Shown here: positions 43,637 through 54,400 of the stretch, piece by piece
Position numbering within the stretch: position 1 is the stretch's first letter
How the letters are laid out: each line of letters begins with the position of its first letter
From: a virus
Lineage: Duplodnaviria > Caudoviricetes
Length of the DNA: 64,000 nucleotides
IMG/VR virus record: IMGVR_UViG_3300033273_000833
Span: 128,001-192,000 of that record
Direction: 5' to 3' (one strand)
Translations under genes and position numbers: made by a program
Notes under the pieces: generated by a model
What the model was told of the DNA's origin: nothing
Databases searched by the model: none
What the model saw: only the letters and a program-made list of their open reading frames with translations

Positions 43637-44161
43637 TTAAATTCCAATAAAGGAAAAATAAAACTTATTGTTGTTTACTCCAGCCAAATTATTATTAATA
43701 TATAAATTACTGCCACTAATAAAAGCGTGTGCTGCATAATTTAAACCAGACCCCCCGCCAGCATTAGCGATCCTCGGGGCGTCACTTAAATATTTTGACC
43801 CAGCAAGCACTGGAATCTCTACTCCATTATATTGAAAAAATTGAGCAGTTGACCCTCCATTTGACTCAGCATGCATGCCTAAATAGTAATAAGTTTTTGT
43901 CGAATCAATGGAAATACCTGACAGACCAGGCGTATTCAGATAAGTCGATATAAGTGTTCCCTGGTATTGTGCCGTAATCCCTTTTTCCCACTTTACGACA
44001 CTAGCAGAACCTTGAGATGAATTTGATGATATATACAAAAGTAAGTCTGAAGCTTTAATATTTTCCGTAGTACCAGCATTTCTAGCTACAAGCAATAAAT
44101 CATCATCATGTAATGTAGATACTGTATTTAAATCTCTTACTTTTATGCTTTCGATTGACAT
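43637..44161 (-). CDS. Short fibre-like virion protein
   Basis: N-terminal IKVRDL...DDLLLV anchor shared with other fibres. Confidence 0.6.
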   Translation of the reverse strand: MSIESIKVRDLNTVSTLHDDDLLLVARNAGTTENIKASDLLLYISSNSSQGSASVVKWEKGITAQYQGTLISTYLNTPGLSGISIDSTKTYYYLGMHAESNGGSTAQFFQYNGVEIPVLAGSKYLSDAPRIANAGGGSGLNYAAHAFISGSNLYINNNLAGVNNNKFYFSFIGI

Positions 44162-45798
44162 ATTTTTTCCAACTCTTTAATTCTTTTTTCTTGATCTTTT
44201 ATACACTCTATTAGTAATGGTATTATACTATTATATTTTACACTTTTAAAGCCATTTTCTTTATCTTTGACGGCTTCTGGCAAAACAAGCTCTACTTCTT
44301 GAGCAAGCACACCGTAATCTTTACCAGAATATTTTGGCTGCATTTCTTCTTTCCAGTCAAAAGATATTCCATTTATTTGTTCTATTTTATTTATCGGACT
44401 ATCTATTGTTTGGATGTTTTCCTTAAGTCTTTGGTCAGAGGCGCTATAGTATGCAACAACATCATTATAACAGAGCAGGTCTCCACTGGCGTCAATTTCC
44501 ACGCTCTTGCTTCCTGATGTATAGAAACATATACTATCCAAATCTGGGCTTTCTTCTGTTGTTATATAAGTATCATTGTCTGCATCAGATATACCTGTTA
44601 ATAAGTCTATGGTTGCGAAATCTCCCGTTTGACCCGTAGTGACGAAAACGCCAGTTTCTCCAGTTGTCACAAAATCCCCTGTTAAGCCAGTAGTGACAAA
44701 GTCTCCTGTTTGAGCTGTAGTAACGAAAATGCCAGTTTCTCCAGTGGTCACAAAATCCCCTGTTAAGCCAGTAGTGATAAAGTCTCCTGTTTGAGCTGTA
44801 GTAACGAAAATGCCAGTTTCTCCAGTGGTCACAAAATCCCCTGTCAAGCCAGTAGTAACGAAGTCTCCCGTTTGACCCGTAGTGACAAACACGCCAGTTT
44901 CTCCAGTAGTTACAAAATCTCCTGTCAGGTCAGTAGTAACGAAGTCTCCCGTTTGACTCGTAGTGACAAATACACCAGTTTCACTATCAGTTACAAAATG
45001 ACCTGTCTCAACTCCAGTTAATACAGTCAAACCACTAATTGTCAGCTCTTGACTGAAGTTTCCTATTTGCCCTGTGATAGTATCGAAAACTCCACTAGTT
45101 CCTTTGAATTTATACCCACTAATGTCACCCGTAACAGAAACATCAGTTACAGACTCTACAAATGTTTCTCCCGTAACATATAGATTTCCTCCAATAGCTA
45201 AATCTCCAGTAACTCTAAAATCATGAAAAAATCCACTGACGCCACTCAATTGCTCTTCTGAATATATTAAATTAGAGCTTCCGTTGAATGATGAACCGCT
45301 TTTGTATTGAATTGAGTAATTAGGTCCACTAACGGTTGCTGTTGAGTTAGAAAATGGAGCCCATGCATTATTCGTGTAGCCTTCAAATTGGCTTAGTTCT
45401 GTATTGTATCTTATTAAACCGTCTGCAGCGAACGGTCTTTGGGCAGATGATCCCGCAGGCAACTTAATGCCGTCAGATGTAAAAACTCCTAGTCCGCAGT
45501 TTGTTGAGACGGGAGCATTTAATGGGTTTATATTGATGCCTGATTTATTGAAATTTACAGAAGTTATTCCGCTACAACTTATGGACGCAGTGTCGTCTCC
45601 AGTATGAACACTAAATTTTGTGTCGCCGTCTTGATCTTCTATTTCTATATACTGCTTTAATTTGCTTATAGATATTTTAGAAGTTCTTGGAACATTGGCG
45701 GTTTCAGCTCCTGATTCAGTTATGACTAAAAAATCAGTTGATTCATTTGTGAAATCATCTGAAAACGTAGGTAAACCTCTTATTTTAACATTAGCCAT
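44143..45798 (-). CDS. Tail fibre with C-terminal Peptidase_S74 intramolecular chaperone
   Basis: SDQRLKENI...YGVLAQEVE...VKY..IIPLLIE.IK; DGLIRYNTELSQFEGY; 9-aa tandem repeats. Confidence 0.88.
   Translation of the reverse strand: MANVKIRGLPTFSDDFTNESTDFLVITESGAETANVPRTSKISISKLKQYIEIEDQDGDTKFSVHTGDDTASISCSGITSVNFNKSGININPLNAPVSTNCGLGVFTSDGIKLPAGSSAQRPFAADGLIRYNTELSQFEGYTNNAWAPFSNSTATVSGPNYSIQYKSGSSFNGSSNLIYSEEQLSGVSGFFHDFRVTGDLAIGGNLYVTGETFVESVTDVSVTGDISGYKFKGTSGVFDTITGQIGNFSQELTISGLTVLTGVETGHFVTDSETGVFVTTSQTGDFVTTDLTGDFVTTGETGVFVTTGQTGDFVTTGLTGDFVTTGETGIFVTTAQTGDFITTGLTGDFVTTGETGIFVTTAQTGDFVTTGLTGDFVTTGETGVFVTTGQTGDFATIDLLTGISDADNDTYITTEESPDLDSICFYTSGSKSVEIDASGDLLCYNDVVAYYSASDQRLKENIQTIDSPINKIEQINGISFDWKEEMQPKYSGKDYGVLAQEVELVLPEAVKDKENGFKSVKYNSIIPLLIECIKDQEKRIKELEKICQSKA
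44602..45006 (-). repeat. 15 x 27-bp coding tandem repeat with 81-bp higher-order unit
   Basis: TG[DVIH]F[VIA]T..[EQL] x15, last residue cycling E,Q,L. Confidence 0.95.
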
Positions 45799-45810
45799 AT
45801 ATAGTATATA

Positions 45811-46044
45811 TTACACTTTTACAATTGATCCATTTTTATAATAAAGTTTTTCTTTATCGTCACTTTTATTTCGTATAATATTTTCTACATTAATATATTC
45901 AGAGTCATCTACTACTACAACTTTTATTTCGTCTTTATTGTGTGATTTATCTATATATTGTATAGCATCTAATCTTGGCTTTTTTGATTCAGCTGGAAAT
46001 GCAAAAATAATTTGATCGTTTTTGTTTATAAATAAATGTATCAC
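45811..46044 (-). CDS. Small hypothetical protein in fibre cluster (possible fibre assembly factor)
   Basis: Position between fibre genes. Confidence 0.55.
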   Translation of the reverse strand: MIHLFINKNDQIIFAFPAESKKPRLDAIQYIDKSHNKDEIKVVVVDDSEYINVENIIRNKSDDKEKLYYKNGSIVKV

Positions 46045-47051
46045 CCTATTACTCCTTTTAGTGTTGCAGATCCAAAAGTCCCGTTGTATAAACTGCTTGA
46101 ATTGATTGTGAAACCGTTTTTTCTTAACAAATATCCAGCAGCTCCTCCACTTGCGGCGTTACCAAATCCTGCCTTCGCCAGATTTCCTCCAGGCATTGGA
46201 GCATACATATCTTGCGAAAAAGTGGATCCTGGAGAGCCTCCAGTCGTGCTTGTTCCAGCGCTTCCATTTGCGTTGCCTAAGCCTCCTTGCCCAGGAAGGA
46301 TACCAGCTCCCCCGCCTCCACCGCTGTAAAGAGATCCTGAACCTCCTCCACCTCCTCCAAAGATGCTTCCACCATTATTTTCTATATAAATTCCATATTG
46401 CAAGCTAATTGCATCCCCACCATCTTTTCCATTTACGTCTGTGTTATAATTTAGCGCATTTCCACCATCCCCGCCTGCAGCTGAAATTATACCTTCGTTG
46501 ATAACTTTTACATAAGAGTTATTCTCCCAGCCAGTTCCCGTTTGCAGTGCTGGTACGCTACTATCTTTAGAATAAATTATTCCTTTATTTATAAAAATTA
46601 AAGCCTCTGCCTCTGTAGTATAACCTCTTGTCTGATATAAAAGCGATCTTAAATTAACATTTGCTAGCGAGGTTTCATTGACAATATGTATGGCTACAAT
46701 TGATGTAGATCCAGTTTCATCGTCGCTCACTAAATTATCTCCGTCGTCTGTTGTTAGCCAGCCGTCATAAGATTGCTCTAAAAGAGTGGGATAATCTCCT
46801 TCTCCATCTGCAATAATATAGTACCCAGGATTTGCGTCCATAAATTCAAATTCAGAAAATTTAAAATCTGAACCTAATGTAAATGGGCTTAAGGTTTCGC
46901 CAGCATCTCCTATTCTTGGAAAAGATGAATTAAAGGCGAAATTAGAAACATCTCTTGTTGATATAGAGCTTGTTAAGGGAATTCCTCCCGCCTCTCCTCT
47001 TATCCTGCTTAGTGATATCGGGCCTGTAGTCTTTGAGTTTATGCGGGTCAT
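46041..47051 (-). CDS. Glycine-rich tail fibre-associated protein
   Basis: GPISLSRI...FKFSEF N-terminal domain; GGDGG...GGGGGSG glycine-rich C-terminus. Confidence 0.75.
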   Translation of the reverse strand: MTRINSKTTGPISLSRIRGEAGGIPLTSSISTRDVSNFAFNSSFPRIGDAGETLSPFTLGSDFKFSEFEFMDANPGYYIIADGEGDYPTLLEQSYDGWLTTDDGDNLVSDDETGSTSIVAIHIVNETSLANVNLRSLLYQTRGYTTEAEALIFINKGIIYSKDSSVPALQTGTGWENNSYVKVINEGIISAAGGDGGNALNYNTDVNGKDGGDAISLQYGIYIENNGGSIFGGGGGGSGSLYSGGGGGAGILPGQGGLGNANGSAGTSTTGGSPGSTFSQDMYAPMPGGNLAKAGFGNAASGGAAGYLLRKNGFTINSSSLYNGTFGSATLKGVIG

Positions 47052-47656
47052 AATAGCTGGGTATAAGAGCCATAGTTTTGTGGACTAACAATGCTTCCAT
47101 TGTTGATTAAAATGATTTCAGAACTTGCGGGCCAGCTAGATTGCTGCAAATGTATATTATTAATATTTCCGTTATTTGTGAACTCAAAGAAAATTCTTGA
47201 ATATGGATAACCAAAATTTCTGCAAAATTCTGCAAAAAGATAAATGTCTCCAGTGTCGCTGTTGTTTTCGGCTTTATGTTTTATTATAGTTTCATCCCCA
47301 ACTTTATCATCGGTCCTTAATGCTCTTCCATTGTCGTCTGTGATTAAAAAAGCGCCAGTATCTTTTATTCTGCTAGAATGAGCTTGCGCTCCGTCTTTAA
47401 ATTCAGAAATCAAAAAATTATTATCATCATAACCATCAAATTGATAAAATTCAGAAAATTTAATGTTTGAAGATCTGCCTGGTATAATTTGGCCATATTC
47501 GTCTACAAAATTTGGGGCAGATACGTCTCCTGTTCTGTATGGATCCGAAGATTTGTCTCTTACAAATTGATCTTGTTTTGATATGTTGCCGTATCCGTAT
47601 GAACTCTCGCCTATAATTTCACTCAATGAAATTGGGCCTGATCCTGGCAGTGTCAT
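47048..47656 (-). CDS. Shorter paralogue of 46041-47051
   Basis: MTLPGSGPISLSEI...IKFSEFY; ends where the paralogue's glycine-rich part begins. Confidence 0.7.
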   Translation of the reverse strand: MTLPGSGPISLSEIIGESSYGYGNISKQDQFVRDKSSDPYRTGDVSAPNFVDEYGQIIPGRSSNIKFSEFYQFDGYDDNNFLISEFKDGAQAHSSRIKDTGAFLITDDNGRALRTDDKVGDETIIKHKAENNSDTGDIYLFAEFCRNFGYPYSRIFFEFTNNGNINNIHLQQSSWPASSEIILINNGSIVSPQNYGSYTQLL

Positions 47657-48435
47657 TTTATTTTACTCTTTAATTCGTCAATTTGTTTTTGTTGATCTTT
47701 AATAGCTTCAATCAGTAGTCCAATTATGTTTTGGTAGGCAACAGCTTTTTTGCCTTCAGGTAAATCTTTAACTACTTCTGGGATAACTTGTTCAACTTCT
47801 TGCGCAACTAGACCCATGTGAATTTTTTCTTTGTCTTCAGAATCTTTTCTCGTATACAAACGCCCATTGAGTCTTTTAACTTTTTGGATAGCATGAGGGA
47901 TTGGTCTTATGTTATCTTTTACAGAAACGTCAGAGAAAGCAACAATATCATTTGACGCATAAATAGATGTAGTCCCTACTACATTATGTACTTCAAGGGC
48001 TCCCAGAATGTTATTTCCGATTGAGGAAGATTCAATATCTGCTGATCCGTTTTGACCTATAGAGACATGATTGTTAAAACCAACATTTTCATCAAATACT
48101 TTTGCTGCCGTAATATCTTGGGCTGTATTTACCGTAACAAAATTATTACCTAGATTTGTAAGCGCAGATGTGTTTGCGTCTATGTCTGAAATCAGATTCG
48201 TAAATATATTACCAGTTCCTCCTACTGTGATATCATTAGTTGATTCCAGGTCGGTTGTAGTTACTGACAGAGGAGAAATATTAACATCTCCATTTTGAAT
48301 CATGGCTCCTTCTAAATTTGAAAAGGTAGTTTGTTTTGTTTCATCCGCGCTTGAGTCTACAACCACAAACAAGTCTGCGGTAGCTATTTCGTCGTAAGCT
48401 AAAGAATTTAGATCTGAAATTTTACTTTCTGCCAT
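47653..48435 (-). CDS. Tail fibre/spike with Peptidase_S74 chaperone
   Basis: MAESKISDL anchor; SDVSVKDNI...MGLVAQEVE...VAYQNIIGLLIEAIK. Confidence 0.88.
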   Translation of the reverse strand: MAESKISDLNSLAYDEIATADLFVVVDSSADETKQTTFSNLEGAMIQNGDVNISPLSVTTTDLESTNDITVGGTGNIFTNLISDIDANTSALTNLGNNFVTVNTAQDITAAKVFDENVGFNNHVSIGQNGSADIESSSIGNNILGALEVHNVVGTTSIYASNDIVAFSDVSVKDNIRPIPHAIQKVKRLNGRLYTRKDSEDKEKIHMGLVAQEVEQVIPEVVKDLPEGKKAVAYQNIIGLLIEAIKDQQKQIDELKSKIK

Positions 48436-48451
48436 ATATTATATTACACTT

Positions 48452-51400
48452 TTAATTATTGTCTTCTAATAAAATAATACCTGAGTTTTGTTGTAAAATT
48501 GGAGATTCGTCTTGTTGTAAAAGAGCTTTGGAACTAGAAAAATCAAATACTGCAGACTCGCATGATTCTCCAGATTCATTTTCAGCAACGCCTATTGCGT
48601 AGTATTGAGCTCCAGGAGATAAGGATGAAAGATTAACTGAGTTCGACTCAAAATCATCTTCGAAATATAAATTATTTAAATTTTCATCTGTATAAACTCT
48701 TATAGTGTATTTCGATACTGTTGTAGATGAGTTTGATGTATTTTCTGAAAATGTGGATATAAAGTTTAATGTTATACCTGCTCCAGAAGCTCCATTGCTA
48801 ACCGTAAAACCTGGTCTAAATGGTTTTGTTAGTACAGTAATTATATTAGAGCTTAAGGAGTCTCCTTCTGCGTTATAAGATCTGACTCTATAATAATATA
48901 ATGTTCCCGTCGAAAGATTTTTAATATCTAAAGAGTTTGACGATCCACCTGAAACTTCATAGTTTTCTAGATATATCTCAGATCCTCCAGAGTCTTGAAC
49001 GCTTGAGAAAGTTGAAAAGTCGGAATTTTCTGATAAGTCAATATAATATCCAGATGCTCCTGCTTGCGCATTCCAATTGATAGTAAATGATGCTGCGGTT
49101 GCTGAAAAGGTATGACCTGTTTCGCTGCAGTCAACGTTGTTGTTTGTTGCGGCTGTAGCCGTTGGAGAAGAAACTATTAGAGTTGTTGTTTGTACCGATG
49201 ACGCTCCGCAGGTTAGATCTAGGGAATTATAAGCTTCTACTTTTGAGTAATAAACATTTTGAGTTAAGCCATCAACCGAAATATTGTTCGTAAAAACATC
49301 TATTCCGTCATAAGAGGCTAATACCGTAGAAAAATCAGAAACTTCGGATAAGTAAAATTTAAAATAACTAACTCCATCTGGGTATGACCAGCTGGCTGTA
49401 AAAGAGGTGGCTGCAATTTGAGAAGAAATTCTGGTTGTTGGTACTTCTGGTGGTGTTATAATAATTATTTCGGAGGCAGACCCTTCTCCGCAATCGTTAT
49501 ACGGTACAATTTTTACATAATAAGTTGTACCCTTCGAGAGGTTGCATATTTCATGAGTGGTATCAGATTGCGAAATTTCTTTGTGGCCATAATCTGCGAT
49601 AGTATCTGTAAAGCTTGAATCCGTAGCAACGTATAATTTGTAACCATTGACTCCTGTTGAGGAGTCCCAAGCGATATCGGCGCAATTATCACAACCAATA
49701 TCGGTATACCTAAAATTCGAAACCTCGTTGGGTATTGTTATTATATATTCTGAATTAGAATAAGATGTTTCAGAATCTTTATTTTTGGCCTTAATCCGAA
49801 AATAATAAGTAGTACCGCCTAATAAACCAGTAAATACAATTGACGTTGAGGCTGTAGAGTGTGATGTATCAAAACCATTTACGAAAGAAGAAAACGATGA
49901 TGATGTTGAAAGATTAACTTCGTAAGAAGTTGCGTTTTGACTAGCTATCCAATCAAGAGTAAACCCAAAAGATGTATCAGTATAATTACAGTTAGAAGTT
50001 TCTATACCAGTAACTGCAGAGGGAGCTGACGAATTTGTTGTAAGAGAAATTGATGAAGATTTTGCACCTTCTCCACATGAAGAATTAGAAGCTGATACTC
50101 TGATGTAATAATTTGAATCTTGCTGTATTCCCGTTGTAAAAGTAGTGCTAGTTAAGGCTGTTGTTACGCTTTCGAGCACTGAGCTAAAATTTGGGTTTGT
50201 GGAAATGTCAACTATATACTGATTCGCGGATGCAGAACTATCCCATGTTGCAGTAATTGACGTGTCAGAAAAAGATGATATCGATAGATTCGATGGAGCT
50301 GCTGGCTTTGTGGTGACATAGAGAGGACTAGATTCTGAAGAAAGGCCATATTCATTTCCAGCTTGAACTGTAACCCTGTATTGGGTGCCGTCTAATAAAT
50401 TATTAAACTTAACAGAGTTCTGATAGGAATTGACAAACGTAATTAAGTTTGCGTTAATATATAAATTTACTCGATAGTAATCTGCGCTAGATGTAGCAGT
50501 CCAATCAACTTCAAACCCTCCTAGAAAACAATCTACTTTCGATAAGCCTACAACCGAAGACGCTAAAGATTTTGTAGTAAAATCCTGTACACTTGAGGCT
50601 TGGCTTTCTCCGCACCCATCGTTTTCTGATTTAATATAAATAAAATATTTTTGATCAGAATCTAGTCCATTTATTGTATATGCAGTATCAGTTGTAGATA
50701 TTTCTGAATAAGTAGATACTCCATCTTTTCTATAAAAAATTATGTAATTACTTGCTGATTGTACTGAATTCCAAGATAAGGAAACTGAATCAATTGAAGT
50801 TGAATTAATATTCAAACTTGGAGTTTGTGGGAAAGTTAGAAAGTTTTTAGAAGGAGAATACTCTGAATACCCAAAACTATTTTTAGATCTTACCTTATAA
50901 TGATATTTTTTTCCAGGATCTAGATTGGTTATAACCTCAGAGGTAGATGAGGTTAAGAATCCTTGCGTATAACCACCTTCGAAAAATGAGAAATTAGGAT
51001 CTTCTGATAATACTAAATTATACTCACTGGCATTAGCTGCAGCATTCCAGGAAGCGGTTATTCCATAATAAGAACAATTTGCCGAACTAAGCCCTGCGGG
51101 CGTTGACGGCATGGATGCTGTAAGGACATTAACGCTTGATGAATTTAAGCTTAATCCGCATCCTAAATTTTTAGCCCTAGCTCTTATGTAGTATCTTGTG
51201 TTTGAGGATAGACCGTTGACTGAGATTGTCGTATCTGTTGTTTCTTTGGATTGAAAATCATCAATAAAGCTAGAAAAAGTTGAGCTTGTTGAAATATCTA
51301 CCTCATAGGAAATTACTGAATTCGGTTCCGATAAAGAAATTTGAAAACTATCAGCCGTAATATTATCGGTAGTTATTGTTGGGGCTGAGGGAGCCATTTG

Positions 51401-54400
51401 TACAGACTCTGGATCAGAATATTCAGATGAGCCATATTGATTATAAGCTTTAATTCTGTAATAATATTTTGTGCCCGCAGTTAAGTTTGTTATATCCAAA
51501 GATGATGAGCTTGTTCTGAATGAAGTATTGTAAGATCCTATAAAAGACGAAAAATTAATATCCGTAGATAAATTGAATTCATATTCGGTAGAATTTGGGT
51601 CTTCTCCCCAAGAAGCTGTAAATCCATAATAAGTACAGTTAGAAGGGGGGTTTAAGCCTTTTAATGAAGACTTGGATGGAGTTATTAAAGATGCTATACT
51701 GCTATAAGGACTCTTTCCGCAATCTCCATTAGAAGACCTGACTCTAAAATAATACTCTGTTTTTTCTTGCAAATTAGACAAAGAAATAGAAGTGTTAGAC
51801 AATTCTATTCCAGCATAGTTATCGATCAATGGACTCATTGTTTCTGATTTTGATAAATCAAAAATATATTTTATACCCGATCCCGCAGAGTTCCACAAGA
51901 CATTGAAAGAATTAGGAGTAGCAGAAGAGGTCCGTACATTTGTAGGAGTGGGAGGGGCAGTACAATCGCTTCCTGTTATAGAATTTTCTGATATACCACA
52001 ATCATTTACAGCCCTTATTCTATATATATAATTTTGTCCAGCGGTCAAGCCTACGACTTTTAAACTGTTATTATTTACAGACTTAGAATTATAATTTATT
52101 AAATTTGGATTAAAATTATTAGATTCGAGTGAAACATCAACTTCATAACTTTCTGCTCCGTCAACGTCGTTCCATTTTATAAGTATAGATGTCTGCTCTG
52201 TTGTTGGAGATTCGATGAGTAGAGGGGGCGGAGGTATTGTTACTTTATATTTATCGTCAGAATAATCACCTGAGCCTGTTGCGTTAATAGCTCTTACTCT
52301 GTACCAGTATCTGGTTCCTGCTAGTAAATTAGAAATAACATAACTATTTGTAGAAGATGTTTTTGTTGTATTGTAAATCGGAAAGCCATTTGAGTCAATA
52401 GAATTAGTATATTGTATTTCATACTGCGAAGTTCCGTCTAGGTCTGGCCAGGAAAGCTTGAATCCATAAAGGGTGCATGTGTCTGCCGTAATGTTTTTAA
52501 CTTTATCTGGTATTAGCGTGATTGTTTCAGGTGATGTTCCAGATGTTTCTCCGCAATCGTTTTCTACATGCAATACAACAGAATATGTACCTCCTTTGTT
52601 TAGTCCAGTTACCTCCATTGAGGTATGATCAGTTCTCTTTCGGTTATATTGAGAAAGAGGGGTTGATGATCCTGAAGGGTAAACTGAAACCATGTAACCA
52701 TCATTTAATTTAGAAGGATCCCAGCTTAGCATAAACTCTGTCTCTAGGATATTTGAAAAAGTAATGTTTGTTGGCTTTGGTGGGCGGCTTTGTGTTTTTG
52801 AAATAGCGGAATTAGAACTAGAGCCAGAATTATTGACCGCTCTTACTCGTGAGTAAAAATTAGTTCCAGCTTCTAGCTCTTGTATTAAGTAGCTATTTTG
52901 TGTTACAAGATAGGAGTCTAACACTAAATTGTCAAAATTAGGATCGTCAGATAAATCTATGAGGTAATGATTTGACCCTTTAGAGTTAGTCCAATTTAAT
53001 CTAAAACCAAAGCTTGGAGTGTCTTGACAGTCTGAGAATCCAGTAATTATAGGGTCGGCTGGGATTGTTATTGTTTCCACTACATTAGACCAGTCAGAAA
53101 TCTCTCCATTTTCATTTTTTGATCTTATGCGATAATAATAAACTGTTCCTGCTTCTAGACCGCATAATTCATATGAATGCAGAATTTGTTCATTACTATC
53201 CCCTTGAAAAGGCATTCGGTCAAGAACTTTATTATTTATGTTAAAATAAGGATCCTCTTTTGATACATCAATTTCATATTCATGATCAATTATATGCCCT
53301 TTCCAGTTTAATGTTAAGCACTCTTGTTGGTGATTTGTTGGTAGCTTTGCCTGAGGTATATAAACAGGCATAGTCGGTTCTTTACATTCTTTAATTTCTG
53401 TAACTGGTGGAACTTCAAAATCTCCTGTTAATTTGCCAGATATAATCGACTCATCAAGAAAATTGTAATAACCTTTGTAACTTAGGGAAATTTCTAATTG
53501 TTCGTTAGCTGAAGCTGTAATATTTTCTGCAAGAAGTCTAGCATTAGGTATATTGTATGACCCTATAACAGATGTATTGTCTGAATTTTTAACTAAAATT
53601 GTTAAGTCTTTTTTGTGTGGACTTGTTTGCTGAATGAGGTAGTCAAAGACATTTTTAGCTTCATAATCATCTATATGTAAAACAATTTCAGCATTAACTT
53701 CATATGGAGGTATGGCTTGAACTTCTACTGGTCTATCTCTACCAACAACATATACAGGCTCTCTTGGTGTAGAAAGGGAGTATGTGAAGCTCTGAACTCT
53801 ATTAGTTTCGGTTCCAAATCCTGATACATGTATTGATCCTTGATCGGGTATTTGAATTATGTCCCCCTCTTCTTCGGGAAATAAAACAGGATCTGCAGGT
53901 ATTGGGTGGTCGCCGTCTTGACTAATCCAATTAAAGTCTATCCAGTCTTTAGCGTCTAGTTTTATTACTCCAGGATCTGTTGTGATTCCTGTAGTCAATA
54001 TTCCTGTTTCTAATAGATTTTTAAATAAGCCTACCTCTGTGTGATCTAGAGTTGAGTTGTAATTTTTGACTGCATTCTTTTCAACCGTTCTGGACTTGCC
54101 CCCAATGTTTCCAAATACAACAATTTGAGATGATACATTTGGAATTGCACCTACAGAACAAGAAACAGAATACTCTTCAAGATATCCGCTGACAAAATCA
54201 AAACTTGTACCATTATAATAAATTCCACCGTTAAAACCACATTCTCCTGTATAATTTAGAAGAGGGTCTCTTGTAATTAAACTTCTTTCAATAGAAAAAT
54301 TACCCTGTAGGGGAGCATTGACCAAGCTATCAAAGTACCCATGACCTAAAACGTTGAGGGGCTCTTCATTAATCTGGTAGCCACCATCAATCGAAGTTAC

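Noticed and set aside
44238-44243. GTGTAA inside the S74 fibre gene upstream of 44161
   Set aside because: It encodes the conserved SVKY residues and is 77 nt from the next start, unlike the 8-16 nt of the other sites
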